A DNA stretch of 64,000 bases from an uncultured Ruficoccus sp. (GCA_965140785.1 OZ223475.1:128001-192000); one strand, 5' to 3'; numbered from the stretch's first letter, positions 52,201 through 62,013 are shown. The notes: generated by a model not told the origin, from the sequence alone. Numbers and translations are program-made.

Positions 52201-52514
52201 CACGCATGTGAATGAGTGATGCGCGTCAATGCGACTGCGTGCAACTCAATTACCTTAACTGAGCCTTAATTGGCAAATAGATGAAGTCGCTTTGTACTGG
52301 TAATAAGCGACTTATGGATGCGAGTCCGCGTCCCGCCACCTCCAATTTTTATTTGTCCTAAATGGCTATTATTACGCAAGTTGCGTAATAGTAACGCCTT
52401 AATGCGCGACAGGAAGCCTGTCCGAATACCCCTCAATACGACTCAAATCCCCCATTTTGCCTTAACTGGCTTTAACTGAGCGTTAACCGGGGACAGGTTT
52501 TGGATAAGGACAAA
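52201..52514 (+). repeat. att-like boundary unit 4 with arm repeats on both sides of the core (attP-like)
   Basis: Left CCTTAACTGAGCCTTAATTGG; core TCCCGCCACCTCCA 52331-52344; palindrome TATTACGCAA-G-TTGCGTAATA 52370-52390; right CCTTAACTGGCTTTAACTGAGCGTTAACCGG 52460-52490. Confidence 0.8.
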
Positions 52515-52563
52515 AACTTGAACCTTTTCAGGGGACTTTGAGTGTGGAAAACTCCAAATCGTA

Positions 52564-53112
52564 ATGCGACGTGAACTAAAGACGTACAGCAAATTTCTTA
52601 GCCTGGTTCTTCGCCATGATCCATCTGTCATCGAAATTGAACTGGATGAATCGGGATGGGTCGAAGTTTCTATTTTGCTTGCTGCTATTCAGCGTAAATT
52701 CCCAGACTTCACATTCGACACCTTGATCGAGATTGTCGAAACCAACGACAAGCGTAGGTTCGCATTGTCTGACGACTCTTCGAAAATCCGAGCTTCTCAG
52801 GGACATTCGATAGGAATTGACTTGAAGCTTCGTCCACAGACCCCTCCTGATGAGCTTTTTCACGGAACGGCAATATTGAGTGTGCCCTCAATTAAAGAAA
52901 AAGGCCTAATCCGTGGGAAACGGGATTTTGTACATTTATCCTTAGACCATGAGACTGCCAAGCGGGTTGGATCTCGACATGGCAAGCCGATTGTATTGCT
53001 TATAAAAGCGAATGAAATGGTTAAAGCAGGCTATTTATTCTATCTCTCAGAAAATGGCGTCTGGCTTACGTCAGAAGTCCCCTCATGTTTTATCGTGTTC
53101 CCCGATGGCTGA
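52564..53112 (+). CDS. kptA: RNA 2'-phosphotransferase (Tpt1/KptA)
   Basis: SKFLSLVLRH, NDKRRF, IRASQGHS, LFHGT, VHLS and VGSRHG. Confidence 0.94.
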   Translation: MRRELKTYSKFLSLVLRHDPSVIEIELDESGWVEVSILLAAIQRKFPDFTFDTLIEIVETNDKRRFALSDDSSKIRASQGHSIGIDLKLRPQTPPDELFHGTAILSVPSIKEKGLIRGKRDFVHLSLDHETAKRVGSRHGKPIVLLIKANEMVKAGYLFYLSENGVWLTSEVPSCFIVFPDG

Positions 53113-53686
53113 CTCTCTTTCCGAAATATATTTTCACGAGGACGATTACTGCCAGCAGGAGATACTGCCTCTCTCGTCGTTCGAATTTTGCCGTGAGCAG
53201 GTTAACGAGATCGATGGATTTTCTGAGCAGCATAAGTGTCCTAACGGACTGGGGTGGACTGACGTATTCGTTCGAAAAAATTCGCCTGAATCTCTTGGCA
53301 GTTTGGCGATTAGCCTCAACGATCTTCGTGATGCTTTGGGTGATGTCCTGCCGGAGATTCCAGTTATCTACACGGGGTATAGCACCTATCGAGAAAAGTG
53401 CACCAGAACGGCTGGGTTCGGCTTTGATGACGATTGCGTTGTCTACGCGGATTGGAATGATTCAGGGCATATCGAACACTTATGGACATCCCTGTTTACT
53501 ACTGAATCCGGGAAGCTAGAACGAGCCGTTGATGCCATTCAAAACTTTGGAAAATCCTTCCCACTTCTATATGTGGATTGGGCGTGGGGATTCGCAACAC
53601 CTCTCGACCAATCGCCATCTCTCTTGAATCGCATCGAGTCTAAGATCAAAGATATTGAAGGAAGAAGGGCCGGAATTAATACTTAG
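53105..53686 (+). CDS. Hypothetical acidic protein, overlapping the kptA stop
   Basis: MADSLSEIYFHEDDYCQ...; ATG lies within the last codons of kptA. Confidence 0.75.
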   Translation: MADSLSEIYFHEDDYCQQEILPLSSFEFCREQVNEIDGFSEQHKCPNGLGWTDVFVRKNSPESLGSLAISLNDLRDALGDVLPEIPVIYTGYSTYREKCTRTAGFGFDDDCVVYADWNDSGHIEHLWTSLFTTESGKLERAVDAIQNFGKSFPLLYVDWAWGFATPLDQSPSLLNRIESKIKDIEGRRAGINT

Positions 53687-53726
53687 ACCTATGATTGTCC
53701 GCTCACTCTGGTAGAGTTAGAGTGAG

Positions 53727-54926
53727 ATGGAAATCCGAATAGCCTACCAATCGTATCGCAAGAAACCCTACGTCGCCCGTTGGTCGGAAAATCGCAAGAG
53801 CCGCAACCGGTTCTTTGCCACGGAGAAAGACCGGGCGCAGTTCATCGAGAGCTTCCAGCGGAACGCCACCCGTCAGGATGCCTCGATCCCACTCATCGAG
53901 CCGCGCAAGCTGATCCGCTGGCAGGAAGCGGTTAAACTCGATCCAGCCGCCGACCCGGTGGAGGTTTACCGCTTCTGGCTCCAACGTAAACCGGCACAGG
54001 CTCGGGATATCCTGCTCTCGGATGCCAGCCGAGCCTACCTGCGGATGATGATGGAAGTCGGTCGCGACGTGAACTATACCGGCCACGCCCGCAAGGCGCT
54101 TGAAGATTTCCGGGGCGGGGTAGGGGACAAGCCGATTCACACCTATGATGCCGAAGCGCTCCGGGAACACCTCTACGGTCTGCCCTACACTGCAGTGACG
54201 ATTCGCCACCGGCGCAGCCACCTTCTCTGCGCTTTCGCCTGGTGGGTGGAACAGGGATGGCTTTCCGAGAACCCGGTTGAAAAGGTGAAACGTCCACAGG
54301 TCGTCACAGACGAACCGGGTATCCTGAGCGTGGACGATATGGCCCGCCTTTTCCGAATGAACCAAAAGGTCGATCCGGAGATCTGCGGACTGCTGGCCCT
54401 CGGGGCATTTGCAGGGATGCGGACCTCAGCCATCGTCAAAGTGGACTACGAGGAAATCGACTTTGCCCAGCGCGGCATCCTGACCCCGGCCAGCAAGACG
54501 AAAAAGCGCCGCCGCCAGTGGATCGAGGGACTGCCGGATAACCTCTGGAAATGGCTGAAACGCACGCCTAAAGAGGCTTTTGAGATGGATCAACGGCAAA
54601 TCCTCCACCGCCGGGCCGAAGCCTACAAGCGGGCGGGCCTACTGGTGGAGTCTGACGACATCGCCTACGAAAACCGCAAGCGACAGGAAAAGGGCAAGCC
54701 CCTGGTGAACTGGAAGCCCAAGTTCCCGCCCAAAAACTGCCTGCGTCATAGCTTTGCCACCTACCACGTCGCCCTGCACCGCGACCCCGGCAAAACCGCC
54801 CTCATCCTCAGCCATCGCAACCAGGAAGTCCTTTACCAGCATTACCTAGGTATCGCCACCAAGAAACAGGCGGCACGGTACTTCAATATTATGCCATTTA
54901 CGTTGAGGAAGAGATACGGAGAGTAA
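53727..54926 (+). CDS. Tyrosine recombinase / phage-type integrase
   Basis: WLSENPV, GAFAGMRTS (R), SKTK (K), KNCLRHSFATY (R), ILSH (H) and QHY (Y); N-terminal beta-sheet arm-binding-like segment. Confidence 0.92.
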   Translation: MEIRIAYQSYRKKPYVARWSENRKSRNRFFATEKDRAQFIESFQRNATRQDASIPLIEPRKLIRWQEAVKLDPAADPVEVYRFWLQRKPAQARDILLSDASRAYLRMMMEVGRDVNYTGHARKALEDFRGGVGDKPIHTYDAEALREHLYGLPYTAVTIRHRRSHLLCAFAWWVEQGWLSENPVEKVKRPQVVTDEPGILSVDDMARLFRMNQKVDPEICGLLALGAFAGMRTSAIVKVDYEEIDFAQRGILTPASKTKKRRRQWIEGLPDNLWKWLKRTPKEAFEMDQRQILHRRAEAYKRAGLLVESDDIAYENRKRQEKGKPLVNWKPKFPPKNCLRHSFATYHVALHRDPGKTALILSHRNQEVLYQHYLGIATKKQAARYFNIMPFTLRKRYGE

Positions 54927-55021
54927 CATTGATGTTGAACGAGTTACATTTTTTCGATGCAAGCCTTGGCGTGAAGATAAACCATCGAAATGGTATGACA
55001 TTAGTCTCGTGTGCAATAGAG

Positions 55022-55597
55022 CTAGGATGCGGGTCTTTTTATGGGAAACAAAATATGATGAAGTATAAAATTTTTACCTTCCCGTAAGTGTTGTGTGTCG
55101 GCACTAAACTTATAGTCTGATGCTGTATGTGATGGCGAGGTAAAGGCATTCTCTGGTGTTAGTTGAAGCGCTGCCTTTTGTTTCTTTATTTGTCCGCACA
55201 GCGACTTAAATGCCTTGTCAGTTTTTCCATCCATTACGTATCCGAGCATTGCTCCACATGGTAGATTTTGCGAGTAACGATTGGTTATAAACCGCATAGC
55301 CCCCTCGTTTAAATACTCTCCGATGAGGGTGTTATAAGAGGTGTGTAGGCGTTTGCATTCAACTGTAAAAAAAATCGTTTGTCGCTTGTGTGCAATTGGG
55401 TAAAAGTTTAGGTCATTTCGGCCTAGCTCGGTTCCGTAGTTTGGATCGCTAATCGGGTCTTCTAATGCAATAAATGAAATGCGATTAGGGTCGTAGATGG
55501 AAAGGACGGTGTTACGGAAAAGAGCTGTAAGAGGTGTTTCTTTTGTGACTACATCAGGAGGGGTGAAATGTCTCCAGGCTTCAAGAATTAATGCCAT
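55022..55597 (-). CDS. AT-rich hypothetical protein, possible PD-(D/E)XK nuclease; may be 5'-truncated by IS3
   Basis: GRNDL...FTVECKRL motif; begins 19 bp from the IS end. Confidence 0.6.
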   Translation of the reverse strand: MALILEAWRHFTPPDVVTKETPLTALFRNTVLSIYDPNRISFIALEDPISDPNYGTELGRNDLNFYPIAHKRQTIFFTVECKRLHTSYNTLIGEYLNEGAMRFITNRYSQNLPCGAMLGYVMDGKTDKAFKSLCGQIKKQKAALQLTPENAFTSPSHTASDYKFSADTQHLREGKNFILHHILFPIKRPAS

Positions 55598-55616
55598 TAC
55601 CTCGCCCGAAAACCCC

Positions 55617-56930
55617 TGACCTGCCTACGCAAACTGTACCGCATTGAGAGTTAGTCTGAGCGGGTTAATGATGTGATTTAGGGTTAGGTTGTAGAGGGTG
55701 TCAAGGCTTGGGCGGAAGGAGGGCGTAGCCCGAGTGTAGCCCATGCCTTGGAAGTTGATGTCGAAGGGGGTTGGTGCGGTTTCTTTGGCTGCAAACTCCA
55801 GTGGTGTGAGCAGTCCGAGTGAACGGTGGGGTCGGATGTTGTTGTACTTCCATCGCCAGTCCTCGATGACGACGCGTGCCTCGGTGAGCGTATAAAACCA
55901 CTCGCGGTGAGGCACTCATCGCGGAGTCTGCCGTTGAAGGATTCTATGTAGCCGTTCTGCCAGGGACTGCCCGGCTCAATGTAGAGCGTCTTGATCTCCT
56001 CGTCCGCGTACCATTTACGCAGGCTCTTCTCGATAAACTCGCTGCCGTTGTCGCTACGGATGTGCTCGGGGCTGCCGTAGGCACTGATCAACTCGCTCAT
56101 GACGGCTCGCACCTTGGCGGCGTTGAGGTGGCGATCGACGTGGATGCACAGGCACTCACGGGTGTACTCATCGAGTACCGTGAGCATGCGGATTGATCCG
56201 CCCTTAGCCGTACGGTCGGCCACGAAGTCGCAGGTCCACACGTGGTTGCGATGAGTAGCCTTTGTCGGTAAGCCCGTCGAGGGGCCGCGCCGACGCTGAC
56301 GAGGCTTCTTAGTCGGACACTTCAGCCCCATCTCCTGGCGCAGGCGCTGCACCAGCCGCTTACCTACGTCCCAACCATCGCGCTTGAGTAGATGAGTGAT
56401 TTTCGGGTAACCCAGCTCGGGATGCGCTTCGCTCTTGCGACGCAAAGCCCCACGTAACTTTGCCAACCAGGGCGTAGTCTCCTTCGCCTGATAGCCGAAG
56501 GTACTGCGATGCAACCCAAAGTGACGGCAGGCCGCCCGCGCTGAACATCTGCCCTGCGACACCAGAGTTTGCGCCATCTCGCGCTTGTGTGCAGGGCTTA
56601 CCATTTTTTTTCGAGCGCCTCCTTCAGCAGCTCCTTACCAAGTATCTCGTCCGCCAGCATACGCTTCAGCCGAGCGTTCTCCTTTTGCAGTTCCTTCAGT
56701 TGCTTGGCCTGATCGACTTCCAGCATCCCAAGCTCCCGCTTCCAGCGGTGGAACGTCTGCTCGCTGATCCCTGCCTCGCGGCAGACATCCACGATCGCTC
56801 TGCCAGCATCAGCGGCGCGTAAAATGCGGATTTTTTGCTCTGTACTGTATCGCTTGCCTTTCATCGTCTGAGTCCTTTCTAAGCACTCAGACTAACTTTG
56901 CAAGCGGCTCAGTTTAAGTGGACACGGTCA
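55617..56930 (-). mobile_element. IS3-family element (copy 2) with a 1-bp frameshift in OrfB
   Basis: Inverted near-identical copy of 8605-9919. OrfA 56598-56864; OrfB from 56604, frameshifted near 55908 (CTCAACCGC to CTCACCGC). Confidence 0.93.
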
Positions 56931-58358
56931 GTCATCCCCGGCTACGCCAATCCGGACCTCTCCGGGGACGTGTGTCCCATTCACGCCGCCATCGAACTGG
57001 CCACGCACCCGCGCTACGGCCTTGGCATCTATCTGTCCGACTTCGACGGCAGCGGCGAGGAAACGTCTGCCAAACTAGTGGAGGCCGACATGGGCATCTC
57101 CCCGCTCATCAACAACGCCCAGTCGCTCCCGCAGTCCCTCGCGGAAATGCTGGGTTACTTCGACGGCTTTCTCTATCAAAAGAACGGTAAGTACCGCTTC
57201 GGTTCGGCCTCGCTGCCGGTGGACTTTTCCGAAGCCCCGATCATTGATACCGCCGATCAGACTGACTTCCCCGAGATCGACAGCGACGCGTTCAGTCAGG
57301 TGAGCAGCGAGACCCGGCTCGTCTATACCGACCGGGATCGGGAGTTCAAGGAATCGGTCGCTATTCACCACGATGCCGCCGCTCATGCCCTCAACGGGAC
57401 GCAGGAGCCCATCACGTTCCAACGGCGCTGGATCACTCGGCAAAGTGTCGCCAACGCCCAGGTGGCCAAGGCGGGACGTCGGGCCGCACTGCCCGAGGTC
57501 GGCGGCAAAGTCATGGTGCATTATTCCAAGGGTATCGGGCTCAATCCCGGCGATCCGATCCGTCTGCGTCCCTTCCCGCAGGCGAACTACCTGCTCAACT
57601 GCCGAGTTACGGGCATTGTCCACCGCCGAAGCGATGATGCCGAATTGGAGCTTCAGTTCGTGCTCGATGTGGCCAATCAGGTCTCCGGCGTCACCCCCGC
57701 CCCCTACACGCCGCCCGAACAGCCGACTTACGACGCCGACCCCATGCCCTTCGAGGCGGTCTTCATCCTGCCCGCCGCCTTGTCCGGTGTCATGGAGCCG
57801 GAGGTCGCGCTGGCACATCTCGGCGTGCGGGCCCACAGCCTCATCACGGGCTACAACGCTTTTCATTCCACCGATGACCTGAACTACGCCTTTCTCTCAC
57901 AGGCACGGTTCTTCGCCGTTACCGGCACGCTGACGGCCGATTTATTGGAAGACGGGGTCGATGCCGTGATTGACGCGCACGCCGTTGACCGGGCTACACT
58001 GGCCACGCAAACGCCGGAGCAGGCTGACGCTGACACCGTGCTTCTATTCCTCGGTGATGAAATCCTGTCTGTCGAAGGCTACGTGGTGGGCGCGGACGGC
58101 ACCGTGACGCTGACCAACCTGCGGCGCGGACGCTTCGGCACGCTGGCCGTGGACCACGAAGTGGGGGAGCGGGCGTTCCTCATGAGCCGTGATCACCTGC
58201 ATGTGCTGCGCAAGGACGCCTTTGTTCAGGGCAGCACGCATTACTTCAAGTCCACCTCCTACACCATCGCCAAGGAACAGGACATCGCCACCGCCCCTGT
58301 AATACAATTGGAGATCCCCGAGCCCGAGCCTCCGGTTGACAATCCCACAGAAGAGTAA
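56931..58358 (+). pseudogene. Phage tail tip/host-specificity protein, 5'-truncated by IS3
   Basis: HPRYGLG, RLVYTDRDREFKES, LNPGDPIRL and GDEIL...LTNLRRGRFGTLAVDHEVGE resemble phage/GTA tail (baseplate hub) proteins. The ORF start lies inside the IS end. Confidence 0.75.
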
Positions 58359-58377
58359 CCTCAACCCAAGGATCATT

Positions 58378-58842
58378 ATGGACCCGGTCATCACGGAAAT
58401 GGCGGCGAGCGCCGTCGCAGGCGGACTCTTTCAGGGAGTCTCGGAAGTCTTCAAGCTCGGTCAGGGCTTCATCACCACGCTGCGAGACGTGGCGATTTCC
58501 AATAACGAACAGGCCCGCAAGAATGCGGAACTGGACAACAAGAACGCCAATGCCGCTGCCAAGCGCACTCAGCCCTGGCTCACCGCCACACTGGCCATTA
58601 TCGTGATCGTGGCGGCGTTCTTGCTGCCCTTCGTGGCCGGTTGGATGGACATGCCCACGCAAATCGTCAGCAACGAGGAACCGTTCTCCATGCTCTGGGG
58701 GCTGATAACCTTCGGTGGCGGCAAGATCGTCACGCAGGCCCAGGGCTTCGTCCAGGGACCGGAGTTCTGGAGCACCGTCCGCATGGTCTCAGGCTTCGTC
58801 TTCGGCGTGAAGGCCGTCTCCACCGGCACACGGTTGTTCTGA
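58378..58842 (+). CDS. Small phage-type membrane protein (holin-like)
   Basis: Two to three hydrophobic segments; follows the tail gene with the same codon bias. Confidence 0.55.
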   Translation: MDPVITEMAASAVAGGLFQGVSEVFKLGQGFITTLRDVAISNNEQARKNAELDNKNANAAAKRTQPWLTATLAIIVIVAAFLLPFVAGWMDMPTQIVSNEEPFSMLWGLITFGGGKIVTQAQGFVQGPEFWSTVRMVSGFVFGVKAVSTGTRLF

Positions 58843-58905
58843 AAGGCAAACCACCATTAAAATACAGAAGTCTTCTTGTTTATCTATGTTCGTGTAGGCT
58901 CACTC

Positions 58906-58958
58906 AGCAGAACGACCCGCTTGAGAGACACCCGGATTCTTCCAGTTTCCGCTAACGG
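58906..58958. repeat. 53-bp dispersed hairpin-like repeat (copy 2)
   Basis: 40/53 identity to 10626-10678. Confidence 0.6.
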
Positions 58959-59071
58959 GCGTGAGCTATTATAAAAAAAGATGCCGTTATGTCTGTAATC
59001 GTATTTTTGCTGCGATCAGAGGCGGAGTCTTGCCACTGTACGGAAGGTTTTGTATCTATCGATGGAGTAAA

Positions 59072-60127
59072 TTACTTATCCTGCCTTATGGTTGGACCTG
59101 AAAACCAGTCACCAGTAATCTGGATCGAGCGGGGATGAGATGGAATGCCGTAGGTGTTGAAGTTGATCTGTTCGATGACAAGATGGGCGGTGGCCTGTCC
59201 GACTTCGTAGTGGTTTGGCCGAATCCCAGCCAGATCTTCCCATGGGGTTTCGAGGTAGAGGTGAATAAAACCGATGTCTTCCGGTGTGCGTAATCCTTCT
59301 TCGTGCAGATAGGTCAACGGGACACGCTCGGTAGCTATCACCACATCAGGATGGTATTTGTTTAGCCATCTCGAAAACTCTTTCCGGTTCCATGTCTCCG
59401 TCCAGAACGGAGGGGGAGCAGCCTTACCCTTTCGGTTTGATTGCATTGTCCAAGCCTGAAACGCAGCTAACGCTCTATAGTCAGAGCGTACAACGTGAGG
59501 GACTCGTGACATCGCGAGGCCAATGCGGCTATAGCCAAGTCGGGCAAGGATTTCCATGGTAATCCAGGTATTGCGATATTCATCAGTACTTGCAAAATGG
59601 CAGGGTAGATTGATTCGGCGGTTCCCGACTGAGGCTAACGCATAGTTCTCCCAGCCGGACAGACACCATGGGGGGACGTCGCCCCCTTGGAATACGACTC
59701 CCGGTACACATCGTGCCCGCAAACTTGAGAAGAGGCGGCGAGATGACCCCTCAAATTCATCCCAAATAAGTTTTTCGAACAAAAAACCCGCTTGTTTACA
59801 TCCTGCCTGAAGTCCCTCGAAATGTTCTCGCTGCGATGAGCGCTCTTCTATGAGTTTTTCCGTTTGGGTGGACATCAGACAGACGATAATCGCCCGCATT
59901 TGTCGCCGATCTGTAGATCGGCGGTGTTGGGTCATCAAAGCGGTAACGAGGGGGTTGGGACGATATCCTGCGGCCTCGGCTATGGCCTTAATATGTGCGC
60001 GACGTTCCGCTGATATCCCCGGTCGATTACGTAGTGCGCAGCTTACAGAAAATACGCTAACTCCAGCCAGCTTAGCGATGTCTCGGTAGGTAGGGCCTGG
60101 CGAGGTAGAATCGGAAAACGTATGCAT
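59072..60127 (-). CDS. LacI-family DNA-binding regulator
   Basis: PTYRDIAKLAGVSVFSVSCALRN, GYRPNP and RTPEDIGF. Confidence 0.92.
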   Translation of the reverse strand: MHTFSDSTSPGPTYRDIAKLAGVSVFSVSCALRNRPGISAERRAHIKAIAEAAGYRPNPLVTALMTQHRRSTDRRQMRAIIVCLMSTQTEKLIEERSSQREHFEGLQAGCKQAGFLFEKLIWDEFEGSSRRLFSSLRARCVPGVVFQGGDVPPWCLSGWENYALASVGNRRINLPCHFASTDEYRNTWITMEILARLGYSRIGLAMSRVPHVVRSDYRALAAFQAWTMQSNRKGKAAPPPFWTETWNRKEFSRWLNKYHPDVVIATERVPLTYLHEEGLRTPEDIGFIHLYLETPWEDLAGIRPNHYEVGQATAHLVIEQINFNTYGIPSHPRSIQITGDWFSGPTIRQDK

Positions 60128-60171
60128 TGTATATCTTTTTATTGCAGATCAGGCTTCATATGGCAACTGGC

Positions 60172-60185
60172 AATAACGTGTTATT
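60172..60185. promoter_or_regulatory. Palindrome AATAAC-GT-GTTATT, candidate operator
   Basis: Lies in the divergent lacI/pilin intergenic region. Confidence 0.45.
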
Positions 60186-60357
60186 ATTCCTTGTGCTTGT
60201 GTACAGCGGTCCGGTCTGTTTTATTTCTGCTTAAGGATATGCGAATTTAGCTACGTACATGATTGGTGCGCAAACCTGATCCATTTCCGAACATCAACCC
60301 CACATACTGACTTCAGAGGCTCACTGCATCGCCTGCCTGTTTTTCTCATGACGATTT

Positions 60358-61122
60358 ATGCCCCCTTTCTATCCATATTTTCGATTTCGTGGCTTTACGT
60401 TGATTGAATTTCTAGTCGTCATCGTGATCGTTGGCATTGTCGCTGGAATTATCATTCCTGTGCTTGGCAAGGTTCGCGAGTCCACAGAGTGCGTAGATTG
60501 CGCCAACAATATGCGCCAAATCCATTCAGCTCTTATGCTCTATGCGGCTGACCACAATCAGTATTTTCCGCCGATATCTTCACAATGGCCACCCGGATCG
60601 GTCTCTGATCATAAATGTGCCTGGCAGTGGGCTATCTGGACTTATGCCGGATACGAGGACGACGCTTATGACCTAGCGGTAAATGGTTGGTTTTGTGGTG
60701 AAGTGCGGGGCAAGTTCTCGGCAAGCAATAACATCTTCCAGTGCAAAAGCTCCATGCGTGAATTTAAGCCGGTTCCTAATGCCAGTGTTCGTACTAGCGG
60801 TACTTGCTATGGTTTGAATACAGGGCCGATTCAATCTCATGTTCCTTCAGGTACGACATTCGACGCTCAGGTAACAGTGCCCATGCCCTTGGCCTATGTT
60901 GAAGTTCCCCCGAAGACCGTGATGCTGCTCGAAAGTGCGTTTTATTGCGCGACCCAATGGGGCTACCTAAGCGAATGGGGTCTGTTGCCGCACAATGGAG
61001 CCACGAATATTGTTTTTTACGACGGTCATGTCGAAAACTGGCCCTGGGAGAAGTTTCAAGAGCGGGGCCTGGACGACCTAGGCAAAAAAACTACTTTTTG
61101 GAGAGGAAGTGGTGGGTCATGA
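60358..61122 (+). CDS. Prepilin-type N-terminal cleavage protein with H-X9-DG motif
   Basis: GFTLIEFLVVIVIVGIV, CANNMRQI and PHNGATNIVFYDGHVE. Confidence 0.92.
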   Translation: MPPFYPYFRFRGFTLIEFLVVIVIVGIVAGIIIPVLGKVRESTECVDCANNMRQIHSALMLYAADHNQYFPPISSQWPPGSVSDHKCAWQWAIWTYAGYEDDAYDLAVNGWFCGEVRGKFSASNNIFQCKSSMREFKPVPNASVRTSGTCYGLNTGPIQSHVPSGTTFDAQVTVPMPLAYVEVPPKTVMLLESAFYCATQWGYLSEWGLLPHNGATNIVFYDGHVENWPWEKFQERGLDDLGKKTTFWRGSGGS

Positions 61123-61257
61123 CGCAAGCAGTCACATTATATAGGTGTGTTTACTTCCTGCGTTATGCTGGTGGTCATGTTGCCCGAGGCTAATATTATT
61201 ATATGCATTTCCATGGATATAAGTATGAATAGTTAATCAATAAACAGTAAAACAGTC

Positions 61258-62013
61258 ATGGCAAAAAACAAATCAATTAAGGGCATGTTGTATGCCCTAT
61301 TTACTGCAACACTTGTCGGCCTGCCTATTTATCTTCAGGCTGCGACCTATGAGGTTGATATAGCTGCATGTAATTATATGTATGACACCTATCCATTTAG
61401 CGGTACTGCTGATGGTTCTTATGCAACTAATACGCCTCTATATGTAGGAGATCAGTACTACTCATCGGTACACCGCCTCGACCGAGGAAGGGTTGTCTTT
61501 GAGTTGCCTGAAATATCCAGTGATGAGGTTATTACTTCCATAACATTGGTGCTCACTATTTCTGGGGTTTCAGCAAACAGCGATGGACTCATGGAAAATT
61601 TAGTCCTGTACCATTCGCAGACGGATAACGGCACAACGGCCACACCTTTTGGGCCCTACAGCGACACAAGCTATACCGATACTGGGATTGTCCTCGCCAC
61701 GCCAGAAACCAGAGATGATGCTCCCGTGACTCTTGAATATGACGTGATGTCTATTGTTATGTCTGATTATGACCTCGACCCGACTTCAGACCAAGTGGCG
61801 GCTTTCCGCTTGCAGGTTGATGGTTTAGACATAGACGCAATTCTCGATACGACCACCAATCACCTCTATGTCGTGGGGGGGACTAACAATCCGGATGTGA
61901 GTCCGAAATTGATTATTGAGACCGCGCCTGTTCCTGAACCTGCCACCGTTGGAATATTACTTGGCCTGTGTGCATTGGGCCGAGTGTTGATTCACCGTCG
62001 TTCTCGCGGCTGA
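61258..62013 (+). CDS. PEP-CTERM surface protein
   Basis: Signal peptide; VPEPAT + transmembrane helix + HRRSRG. Confidence 0.92.
   Translation: MAKNKSIKGMLYALFTATLVGLPIYLQAATYEVDIAACNYMYDTYPFSGTADGSYATNTPLYVGDQYYSSVHRLDRGRVVFELPEISSDEVITSITLVLTISGVSANSDGLMENLVLYHSQTDNGTTATPFGPYSDTSYTDTGIVLATPETRDDAPVTLEYDVMSIVMSDYDLDPTSDQVAAFRLQVDGLDIDAILDTTTNHLYVVGGTNNPDVSPKLIIETAPVPEPATVGILLGLCALGRVLIHRRSRG

Noticed and set aside
8605..56930. Composite transposon or inversion bounded by the two inverted IS3 copies
   Set aside because: The flanks (AAAG/ATTC and CCCC/GTCA) show no direct or swapped target duplications.
56898..56930. TTG start for the tail ORF
   Set aside because: It lies within the IS3 terminal repeat, so the real N-terminus has been lost.
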